Below, one piece after another: positions 23,527-33,779 of a stretch of 44,396 nucleotides of DNA. The first letter of the stretch is position 1. Every line of letters starts with the position of its first letter. Under the pieces are notes generated by a model. That model was not told where the DNA came from, ran no database searches, and saw only the letters and a program-made list of their open reading frames with translations. The translations under genes and the position numbers were made by a program. The stretch is taken from positions 21,610,570-21,654,965 of the forward strand of contig NC_068996.1 in NCBI RefSeq assembly GCF_001194135.2, in the 5' to 3' direction. This DNA comes from Octopus bimaculoides (lineage: Eukaryota).

Positions 23527-23652
23527 AAGTTTTACTACCGGTAAAAGTTCGCGTTGTGTCTGTCGTATAACCATTCACTGTGGAAGATGCGGAGAAATGC
23601 CTGATCATCAAAGTTTCCGCAACAGGGTGAAAATCATAGACGAATATTAATG
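23527..23652 (-). CDS. PAN3: PAN3 internal exon: (S)LIFVYDFHPVAETLMIRHFSASSTVNGYTTDTTRTFTGSKT
   Basis: TTTTCAG acceptor and GTAAGT donor, 126 nt. Matches the PAN3 hinge motif SLVFAYDFH..ETMM.RHF. Confidence 0.94.
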
Positions 23653-23879
23653 CTGAAAAATAATAGTAGAGAATATTTATGAAAGTGGAGAGGTTAAATC
23701 ATAGAGTTTGGAGATTTGGGGTAAAGGAGTTTTATATGTATGTAGTATAAATGGGGCGAAGACAATATGTATGTATGCAGTATGTATATATGTATGCCAA
23801 CATGTACACATATATATATCATACATAGATAGCCAATTGTTACAAGGATAAAGGAGGCCTCACAGAAATAATTACAGAG

Positions 23880-24660
23880 GTATGAAACCGAGGGCCAGGT
23901 CATGAAAATTACAGAGTTACAGAAAGGGTCATAGCTCAACTAATTACAAAGTGAGTTAACATAGATGAGATGCAGTCTGGTTTTGTGTCATGGAAAAGCA
24001 CCAATGATGTTCTCTTTCTAGTAAGGTAACTGCAGAAGTATTTAGTCAAAAATAAACAGCTGTATTTGAGATTTGTTGGCATGGAGAAAGCTTTTGACAG
24101 GGACACTTGCTTCCTTATCTGGTGGTCACTGCGGAAGCTAGGGAAAGATGAATAGCTGGTGAGAACTGTCAGAATGATGTACGGAGATGTTGACAGTAAG
24201 ATGAAAGTTGGCAATAAGTACAACAACAACATCTTTAGTGTGCAGGTAGAGGAGTTCATTAGGACTTGGTTCCCAATTTCCTCCTGTTTATCATAGTTCT
24301 TCAGTTTTAAACTGGTTCACTGTGGGAACTCCTCATGAATCTGTAGTAGAATATGAAATGAAATTCCAGGTATGGAAATCTAAAACCAGAAGCCCTTGAA
24401 GTTAATTTAGCAAAGACCAAATTTTAGTAAGCAGGAAAACAGACAAATCATAATTTTTTTTCAGGAAAATGACTCTGGTCTGTATGTAGAAAAAGTATTG
24501 GAAGAAATCCCATACAATGTACACGGTGCATGCTATGGACACACAATAGGTGCAGTGGAATGACAGCAAAGTTAACAGAGAAAGTAGACTTTGTGACAGT
24601 TGCACAGAAGCAATTAACACTAAGAATACATGGGAAATAGGTTTTCTCAAATGCCAAGGA
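23880..24660 (+). mobile_element. Heavily decayed RTE-clade LINE RT fragment
   Basis: Reads GMEKAFDRDTCFLIWWSLRKLG...LVRTVRMMYGDVDSKMKVG, then remnants of the C-x2-C region. Confidence 0.7.
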
Positions 24661-24714
24661 GAATCCTTAGATGGTAGTAGTTAGGTAGGAGACTTCTGTC
24701 TTCTTTTCCTCAAT

Positions 24715-24972
24715 TACTTCATCTGGCTCGTGCGGGTGGCACATAAAATGCACCATTTTGAGCGTGGCCGTTGCCAGTACCGCCTGACTGGCCTTTGTGC
24801 GGGTGGCACATAAAAAGCACCTACTACTCTCTCTGAGTGGTTGGCGTTAGGAAGGGCATCCAGCTGTAGAAACTCTGCCAAATCAGATTGGAGCCTGGTG
24901 TAGCCATCTGGTTTCACCAGTCCTCAGTCAAATCATCCAACCCATGCTAGCGGACATTAAACGATGATGATA
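24715..24972 (-). mobile_element. RTE 3'-UTR/tail element (inverted partner of 25235-25455)
   Basis: Reverse complement of the 8856-9250 UTR; ends AACGATGATGAT on the plus strand. The strand given is orientation relative to the 8856 copy as written on the plus strand. Confidence 0.8.
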
Positions 24973-25234
24973 ATCATCATACTGTTGTCCGGTTCACATT
25001 AGGAAAACTCTCTTCCCATGCATTCTCCATGTTCTTTTTCAGAATCACACTCTAAGTGTACTATTATCCATCCTTACACACTTCTTTCATATAATATCAC
25101 AATTTTCTCTGACACACTGTCTTGCAATCCACACCTCTGGTTCTCATGCTGTAGAACATTGACAAACTTCTTCCTTTCTGCCTCTACCCTTGCTAAATAG
25201 ACCAATCACCTAGCTTCTCTTCTAGCTACCTGGT

Positions 25235-25455
25235 ATCATCATCATCGTTTAACGTCCGCTTTCCATGCTAGCATGGGTTGGACGATTTGACTGAGGACTG
25301 GTGAAACCAGATGGCAACACCAGGCTCCAATCTGATTTGGCAGAGTTTCTACAGCTGGATGCCCTTCCTAATGCCAACCACTCCAGGAGTGTAGTAGGTG
25401 CTTTTACATGCCACCGGCACGAAGGCCAGTCATGCGGTACTGGCAATGGCCACGT
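25235..25455 (+). mobile_element. RTE 3'-UTR/tail element
   Basis: CATCATCATCGTTTAACGTCCGCTTTCCATGC...GGCAGAGTTTCTACAGCTGGATGCCCTTCC, written in the same orientation as the 8856-9250 UTR. Confidence 0.8.
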
Positions 25456-26242
25456 ATATATCTGCTATTGCCATTTTTCTAATCCTTCCAAAGATTCTGA
25501 TATGTGTAGTTGTGCTCGAATTTAATTACAGCAACTGGAAACTGTAATTAAGCAAGTAATGGAGGGAGTCAGGAATCACTCCATCCAACTTGTCTAACAG
25601 TAATATTCTACTGCTATAATAAAATGAGAGCAGAACAGCAATATATGATTAGCCATGTAGCTCCTCTACAGCAAGAAACCTATTCTGCACTGGTCCCTTC
25701 TTTCATACGTTAACCTCTCAGCATGCTGCATAGTTACTTAACAAATGCTTGTAGTATGAAAAAAGCACTCAGTACACACTGAGTGCTGTAAAGTGGTTGG
25801 CATTAGAAAGAGTATTTAGCCATAGAAGACACAAGAGTATAATGCAGTCTTTGGACCTATCAGATCCTATCCTTAACTCTACCCAATCTTTCAAAATATA
25901 AGTAGCCATGTAACTCCTCTACAAGAAATCTGCTATCCTGGCCCCTCTTCCACATTCTAATCCACTCCATTATAGTGTAAAACTACCTCTCTTTTCCTCC
26001 TCAATACCTTCACATGGAGAAAGAGGGAAAAGAAAATGGGATTAGGAACAGGAAAAACAGGTGAGGAACAAAAATCAAAAAAAAAAAAGGAAAAAACAGG
26101 GATGGCTGTATGGTTAAGCATGCTTTGTAACCAGGTGGTTTTGGGTTCAAGTCCTACAGCATGGCACCTTCAATTATAGTTCCAGGCTGACTAATGCCTT
26201 CAGAGTAAATTTGGTAGATAGAATCTGTGTGAAAGCCCATCA

Positions 26243-26279
<37 letters not shown>

Positions 26280-26473
26280 NNNNNNNNNNNNNNNNNNNNN
26301 NNNNNNNNNNNNNNNNNNNNNNNNNNNNNNNNNNNNNNNNNNNNNNNNNNNNNNNNNNNNNNNNNNNNNNNNNNNNNNNNNNNNNNNNNNNNNNNNNNNN
26401 NNNNNNNNNNNNNNNNNNNNNNNNNNNNNNNNNNNNNNNNNNNNNNNNNNNNNNNNNNNNNNNNNNNNNNNNN

Positions 26474-26513
<40 letters not shown>

Positions 26514-26775
26514 TCTCTCTGTATTTATGTTCTTGTGTCTGTGTTTATCTGTATCCTCATCACTTGACAGCTAGTATTGGTTTGTTTACATCACAGTAAC
26601 TTAGTGGTTTGGCAAAAGAGAAAGATATAAAAAGCAGCAGACTTAACATATTAGGGATGATTTGCCCAACTAAAACTCTTCAAGCTGGTGCCCCAACAGG
26701 ATCACAGTGCAATGAATAAAACCAGTAAAATGTAACAGGTAAACAAGAGGTTGAAAATGAAGAACGCAAACTTAC

Positions 26776-26892
26776 AATTGTCACCGAATGCTGTAGTTGT
26801 GAACACTTCCTTGAGCTGTACGACGTTTGGATGATAGAGCTTCTTCCATTGGTCGACTGTAGCCAGACACTTTGTGTTAGCGAGACGAAAAC
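26776..26892 (-). CDS. PAN3: PAN3 internal exon: (G)FRLANTKCLATVDQWKKLYHPNVVQLKEVFTTTAFGDN
   Basis: CCAG acceptor and GTAAGT donor, 117 nt. Matches PAN3 GFRLVNTKC...WKK..H.N.V.L.EVFTT.AF. Confidence 0.96.
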
Positions 26893-28348
26893 CTGGAGAT
26901 TGGAAATAGAAGAGAAGGGATAAAAAAGACAATTACTTGGTAATTAACAATTGATTTTCTTAGCCATCATGAAACTGATATAGTATATTATACTTAATAC
27001 ATACACCTAAAAAAATACATTCATAGACAGACAGACAGATAGATAGATAGATAGATAGATATGTGTATATGCATTTAAATAGACATACATACACATATGT
27101 GTACATATATTTTAATATATGTACTTTTGTCAGTCATTTCTGGTTAATATATACCCATGAGGTCCGAACATCATAATATAAGTGGGAGGGTATTGTGAGA
27201 AAGCGTGATTAGATAGTGCAGAGGGGAAGAGTGGCGAAAATTTAGATAATATAGAGTCAGAAGTCTATTGGATAGCAATNNNNNNNNNNNNNNNNNNNNN
27301 NNNNNNNNNNNNNNNNNNNNNNNNNNNNNNNNNNNNNNNNNNNNNNNNNNNNNNNNNNNNNNNNNNNNNNNNNNNNNNNNNNNNNNNNNNNNNNNNNNNN
27401 NNNNNNNNNNNNNNNNNNNNNNNNNNNNNNNNNNNNNNNNNNNNNNNNNNNNNNNNNNNNNNNNNNNNNNNNNNNNNNNNNNNNNNNNNNNNNNNNNNNN
27501 NNNNNNNNNNNNNNNNNNNNNNNNNNNNNNNNNNNNNNNNNNNNNNNNNNNNNNNNNNNNNNNNNNNNNNNNNNNNNNNNNNNNNNNNNNNNNNNNNNNN
27601 NNNNNNNNNNNNNNNNNNNNNNNNNNNNNNNNNNNNNNNNNNNNNNNNNNNNNNNNNNNNNNNNNNNNNNNNNNNNNNNNNNNNNNNNNNNNNNNNNNNN
27701 NNNNNNNNNNNNNNNNNNNNTATATATATATATATTATATGTGACTATGTACGCATATGTATGTGAGTGTCTGTGCATGGTTGTCTCTCCTTGTCTTGGC
27801 ATCACATGGTAGTAGTAATTGAGTATTGCTATCATACAAGCAGTGTCATTTATTTCCAATATTCAACAAAAACATGCCTGGCCATGGGAGAATATTATCT
27901 TGTTTAAAAAAAATTGGTGAGGGTTGGCAACAAGAAGATCACCAAGCTATAGAAAATTCTGTCTTAATAAACAAGCATGGAAAAGTAGATGTTGAAAATA
28001 ATAATGTACTACATACACACACACACACACATATATATATTTATCATTCTTTCAGAAGTATGTTGTTGACTGTGACTTTGAAGTTTCAGCCAGCTAACCC
28101 ATCTTGTTTAAGAATAATAATCTTGTACTCTACAAAAGTATAGAGTAACCCATCAGATTAATGTAAAATTGGTTTTATTATAACTGAAAATACAAAAACA
28201 AACAAAAACAATATATTTATAAATACATATATGCATGCTATTACAATAAATGTAAACAGCCTACTATTTGTTTTAGAAGCATTGAAATGTGTATTGTGAG
28301 ATACAATTAAGATGATAATTTATTTTCAAACACATAAATGCTAACAGA

Positions 28349-28825
28349 AGGAGTAGGAGTGGCTTTGTGGTAAGTAGTTTGCTTACCAACCACATGGTTC
28401 CGGGTTCAGTCCCACTATGTGGCACCTTGGGCAAGTGTCTTCTACTATAGCCTCGAGCCAACCAAAGCCTTGTGAGTGGATTTGGTAGACGGAAACTGAA
28501 AGAAGCCTGTCGTATATATGTAATTTTTTAATAATAATATATTAACCCTTACCGAGTTCTCATACTGGATATATGCGATGCAGTAAATATTCTCTGCAGA
28601 CATATTCCTGGAATTAGCGCGCCAAAACAAAGACTTTTGAATTTTACCATTAAGCTGTAATTAGCAGAACCATATANNNNNNNNNNTTTAAATGTCTTGC
28701 CCGCTTACGTTTTGGTATCACGCTATATTTCATGTTGAGAACAATTTAGGTATTTTTAGACACAAGATGTGATCTATTTCTAGCACATTAAATGTCCACG
28801 TTAGTGGTCAACGTCATATATAAAA

Positions 28826-28867
<42 letters not shown>

Positions 28868-29046
28868 CTGTGTTTGTTACCGCAACATCGCTTTACATCC
28901 CCGTAACTTAGCAGTTCGGCAAAAGAGATCCGATAGAATAAGTACTAGGCTTACAAAGAATTAGTCCTGGGGTCGATTTGCTAGACTAAAGGCGATGCTC
29001 CAGCATGGCCACGGTCAGATGACTGAAACAAGTAAAAGAGCAAAAG
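28349..29046 (+). mobile_element. SINE family B split by a TTAACCCTT-ended insert (about 28525-28815)
   Basis: 5' half 28349-28520 and 3' half 28850-29046 both align by eye to 22116-22530. Confidence 0.7.
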
Positions 29047-29171
29047 AGAACAGCAGAGATTAGATAAGATATCCACAGAAAGCAGAAAAATTTGTCAGAA
29101 ACCAGTTACATGGCTGGTGGCTGACAAATTTTCCACTTTCTATGGATATCTAATCTAATCGCCACTGTTCT
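29047..29171 (-). other. Long intronic hairpin (59/58-nt arms, 8-nt loop)
   Basis: 29047-29105 is an imperfect inverted repeat of 29114-29171 (9 substitutions, one 1-nt gap). Confidence 0.8.
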
Positions 29172-29293
29172 ATCAGCATTTATGCATTTGAAAATAAATT
29201 ATCAGCTTGCTTGTATCTCACAATATATGCATATGTATACATACATATGCATATATACGTGTTTATGAATGCACGTTTGTACATGCTACCTAC

Positions 29294-29452
29294 CATGTAT
29301 TCGTTTAAGGCAGTACGTGAGACAATCCTTCGTATTTACAGCTTTGTAACATGTTGACGGATAGCTGAACATCGAGGACTTCTGGAGCGGGTTGGCAGGT
29401 GGTGCCTCAAGAGGATAGAGTTGGTGATAGCTGTCGACCTCTGTTGGGATGT
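29294..29452 (-). CDS. PAN3: PAN3 internal exon: (D)IPTEVDSYHQLYPLEAPPANPLQKSSMFSYPSTCYKAVNTKDCLTYCLKRIH
   Basis: TTTTATAG acceptor and GTAGGT donor, 159 nt. Matches PAN3 PTEVDSYH.L.PLE...CYKAVN.KD...YCL.RIHG. Confidence 0.96.
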
Positions 29453-29495
29453 CTATAAAAGAAAAAGAATAAAATAGAGGGATACCCAAGTATGA

Positions 29496-29531
<36 letters not shown>

Positions 29532-29585
29532 GAGTACACTATACATATATATATAGGTTTGTATATAAACACACACATATATATA

Positions 29586-29815
29586 TTTCTTTATTGCCCA
29601 CAGAGGGCTAAACATAGAAGGAACAAACAAGGACAGACAAAGGGATTAAATCGATTACATCGACCCCAGTGCGTAACTGGTACTTATTTAATCGACCCCG
29701 AAAGGATGAAAGGCAAAGTCGACCACGGCGGAATTTGAACTCAGAACGTAACGGCAGATGAAATACTGCTAAGCATTTCGCCCGGCATATTAACGATTCT
29801 GCCAGCTCGCTGCCC
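29586..29815 (-). mobile_element. tRNA-headed SINE, family A
   Basis: Reverse complement of the 18455 and 2845 copies. Confidence 0.85.
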
Positions 29816-30116
29816 TATTAACACACACACATATAAAAATGTGTGTCATCATCATCACCGTTTAATGTCTGTCTTCTATGCAGGCATGGATAGGATGGTT
29901 GACAGGAGCAAATATAACTATATACAGGTGTATATATATGTGTGTGTGTGTGTGTTTATGAACATATAAACATAAACATGCAGACACTCATACACCCAAA
30001 TCCATGTGGCTTCGTGTTCAATATCATTGCATGGCACTTTGGGCAAGTGTCTTCTCATATAGTTATTAGCTGATTATGAAGCCCATTATGTGTACATACA
30101 TACATATACACACATG

Positions 30117-30316
30117 AAGTAGACACAAATGGCGTTAAAAAATTTACGATAGCTTTTTCAGTAGAATATTATTATTTAATGCAGTCATAAAAGATTACCT
30201 CACAAAATATAATCCACCATTACCAGATAAAATTTTACCTGATGATGGTGGATTTTATATTAAAATGTAATCTTTTATCACTGCATTAAATAAATTTCTA
30301 CACCATGTGTTTACTT
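30117..30316. repeat. Palindromic foldback MITE-like element
   Basis: ~60-bp imperfect arms 30172-30232 / 30233-30293, plus outer IR 30117-30135 / 30300-30316. Confidence 0.65.
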
Positions 30317-30519
30317 TATATATATGTGTATGTGTAAGCCACACCAAGGACCCAACCCTAAGTCAGACCTATGATTTAAAGTGAATTTAGTATTTGCATA
30401 TCTAAGCTATCTAACAAATACTTGATATTTTCAGTGTTTTTTATTTCCCTGTGAGCTCTGTGCTATCACATCTGGCATCCTGCGAGTTGATGCACCTTGA
30501 TGCTTATAATCCTCATAAC

Positions 30520-31630
30520 AAGATCATCATCACTTAACGTCCACCTTCCATGCAGGCATGGGTGAGACGGTTTGACAGAAGCCGGCCAGGCAGAAGCCTG
30601 CACCAGACTTCTGTAAATTGTTTTAGCAGGATTTTTACAGCTGGATGCCCTTCCTAACATCAACCACTCAACAGAGTGGACCTAGTGCTTTTTACATGGC
30701 ACAAGCACAGGTGAGGTTAGTTTTGGCAAGGTTTTACAGCTGGATGCCCTTCCTAACACCAACCACTTTACAACGTGGACTGGGTGCTTTTAAGTAGCAC
30801 CTGCACTGACAGGGTCACCAAGTACTTGCAAGACGAAAAAATAATCTCTTTTGGAAAGGGGGGAGGCGATCTTGTATCAGATGATGAAAAGTTATAGTGA
30901 GACAGAGACAGAAACCTGTGTCTTGCTATAGAGGAGGTACAAAGTTATATNNNNNNNNNNAGAGAGATCAGGACTGAAGACAGAAACAGGTGCACTACCA
31001 CAAAGGAAATACATGGTTACCTAACGTGAAGGAAGTGCAGGAGAAGGAGAGAGAGCAGGATAGGGATGGGGGCAAAGTGCTGGATATACTCAAAAGGAAC
31101 GGGGATCAGAATATGAGATGGTTGAGTAAAGGAATAGAGAGATATAGATGGTGGAAAGTACCAGGGCATACCCATGAGGTCCGAACATCATAATATAAGT
31201 GGGAGGGTATTGTGAGAAAGCGTGATTAGATAGTGCAGAGGGGAAGAGTGGCGAAAATTTAGATAATATAGAGTCAGAAGTCTATTGGATAGCAATGATA
31301 CAGGGGAACAGGGCTATGAGGACAGGATTGGGGAACGAGAGCTAGGTATAGTGTATGAAGGGGGAAATGTGAGGAAGAGAAGAGATGTAGAGATTTAGTT
31401 TGGTTTATTGGGTTAAGGTGTGTGAAAAGTTTTCTTGTCATGTGGGTGGAGCACAAAGGTTGGGGGCTAGCAGATAGCAATGATACACTAAGACAGGGCA
31501 TGTGGGTGGAACATACAGGTCAGGGTCTAGCAGAGAGCAATGATACAGTGGAAAAGGGACAAGAGGACAGGATGGGGGAGTGGAAGGTAAGCACAGTGCA
31601 TGAAGTGGAAATGTGAGGAAGAGAAGAGAT
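30520..31630. repeat. RTE-tail plus purine-rich body element, copy 1
   Basis: RTE-type tail at 30520-30790, then a GA-rich body with internal subrepeats (GAAATGTGAGGAAGAGA; GCTAGCAGATAGCAATGATA) shared with 32750-33770. Confidence 0.6.
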
Positions 31631-32631
31631 CATAAAGATAAAAAAATATCTTGTTCTAGAAATATATTTAAATTAATTTTTCACTATAATTTTATATTAT
31701 GTTTTAAACAGCTTAATGAATGAAACCATTTTACCAAATCCCTGCATAATCTTGAGTATTTATAAAATTAACTAAAATTAGTGTATTTTAACAGAAACCT
31801 GGTTATACAACCACTAAATACAACTCCTACTGCTACACTGACCACTGGCTGTAAATTACTAGTATGGTATCTCATTTGTTTTTACCCGATGAAGCCTAAT
31901 GCATAATAAAGGAATGGTAGGCAATGAATTCACAGACAGGAATGTGGTACAAATGTGTCTTAGATTCAGTAACAAGGTACTCTCGTTATTAGCAGTAATA
32001 TAAAACCACAAAATGTTAGTGAAAAGAGAATCATCAACGAAACCAATTCCAATATGTGATGCTACAAGTTGTATTGATTTTTTACCAATGGTAAAAAGAT
32101 AAAAAAGATAAAAATCTAAGACCACAAAGCATTTCATTTGATGTATCAGTGATTCTGCAAATTTAAAAACAAAACCTTCCTCATCGACTCAAAGTAGAAA
32201 AAAAAACAAAAAAACAAAACAATCAATTCACACACAAACAGGAAAACAGAACTTAAAAGATGCGTGTGTGTGTGTGTGTGTGTGCTTTTATTATTAATTG
32301 ACAAAAGTTATAGAATGACTCAGGGGTCAAGAGTATCATGCACTGGCACTTATCAAACTGGTTTCATGATGAGTTCATTTATATAAACCAGTTAAAACAA
32401 TAATTCTCTGGATTGTACTAGAATAAATCATAAAATGAACTACAAGGTCACGCGAATAATGCATATTTTATAAAATGCTTTGCTCATTAAGCAGTTGATA
32501 AATAAGGTAATATACATACATAGATATTTATTCATATATAATTATGTATACTTATTTACACAGACACTCACATCTATACACCCACTCACATATACATAAA
32601 AACAACACACATAACTATTATTTTTTTTTAC

Positions 32632-32689
32632 CTGGATGTTGAGCTGGGTCGATTTGCATTAATGAACATGCATGCCGATTCAGCAATTC
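32632..32689 (-). CDS. PAN3: PAN3 short internal exon: ELLNRHACSLMQIDPAQHP(D)
   Basis: TTTACAG acceptor and GTAAAA donor, 58 nt, phase 0/1 fits neighbours. Resembles PAN3 ELINRH...AQID. Confidence 0.88.
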
Positions 32690-32749
32690 CTGTAAAGGAA
32701 AATATACATATATATATATACAGTTATCCATAATTATACATAAATATAT

Positions 32750-32872
32750 TATTATCATCATTTAGCGTCTGCTTTCTATGCTGACAAGGGTTAGATGGTT
32801 TGATCTTGCGTCAGATGATGAAAGGCTATAGTGAGACAGAAACGGGTGTCTTGCTAAAGAGATGTCTTGGCC

Positions 32873-32957
<85 letters not shown>

Positions 32958-33027
32958 NNNNNNNNNNNNNNNNNNNNNNNNNNNNNNNNNNNNNNNNNNN
33001 NNNNNNNNNNNNNNNNNNNNNNNNNNN

Positions 33028-33075
<48 letters not shown>

Positions 33076-33770
33076 ACAATGAAGACAGAGACAAGTGTGC
33101 TGCTGCAAGGAGATTCATGGTCAACCAACCTGAGGGAAGTGCAGGAGAAGGAGAGAGAGTGGGAGACAGCAGGACATAGATGGAGGCAAAGTGCCAGGCA
33201 TAGAGCAGCAGAGATCAGAATATAAATGGGATGGTTGAGTAAAGGAAGAGAGAGATATAGATGGTGGCAAGTGCCAGGGCATACCCTTGAGGTTCGAAGG
33301 TCGAAGGTCTAATATAAGTGGCAGGATATTGTGAAAGCAGCAGGGTTAGTGAGTGTGGAAGGGTAGGGAAGTGAGTGGTGAAAACCTGAGTATATTTAGA
33401 GTGGGATGGGGGAAGCAGATAGTAATGAGACAGAGAAACAGGGTCTTGAGGACAGGATTTGGGAGTGAGAGACAAGCATGGTGTATGAAGGAGGAAATGT
33501 GAGGAAGAGATGTAGATTGGTTTGTTGGGGTAGGGAAAGCTTCCTTGTTACATGTGGGTGGAAGACACAGGTCAGGGGCTAGCAGATAGCAATGATATGA
33601 TACAGTGAGACAGAGCCAAGAGGACAGGATTGGGGAGTGGAAGGTAAGCATAATGCATGAAGTGGAAATGTGAGGAAGAGATGCAGAAATATAGTTTGGT
33701 TTGTTGTGGTAGGGCATGCAAGAAGTTTCCTTGTTAAGTGTGGGTGGAGCACACAACACTTCTAGAACTC
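32750..33770. repeat. RTE-tail plus purine-rich body element, copy 2
   Basis: Colinear, same-orientation similarity to 30520-31630. Confidence 0.6.
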
Positions 33771-33779
33771 AGTTTCGCT

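Noticed and set aside
27151-27279. 129-bp sequence identical to 31168-31296
   Set aside because: It starts abruptly and ends at an N-gap; most likely a misplaced contig end rather than a true duplication.
31859-32137. 92-aa minus-strand ORF in unique intronic sequence, as a possible extra PAN3 exon
   Set aside because: The flanking PAN3 exons join in phase and without missing conserved sequence; no PAN3 similarity.
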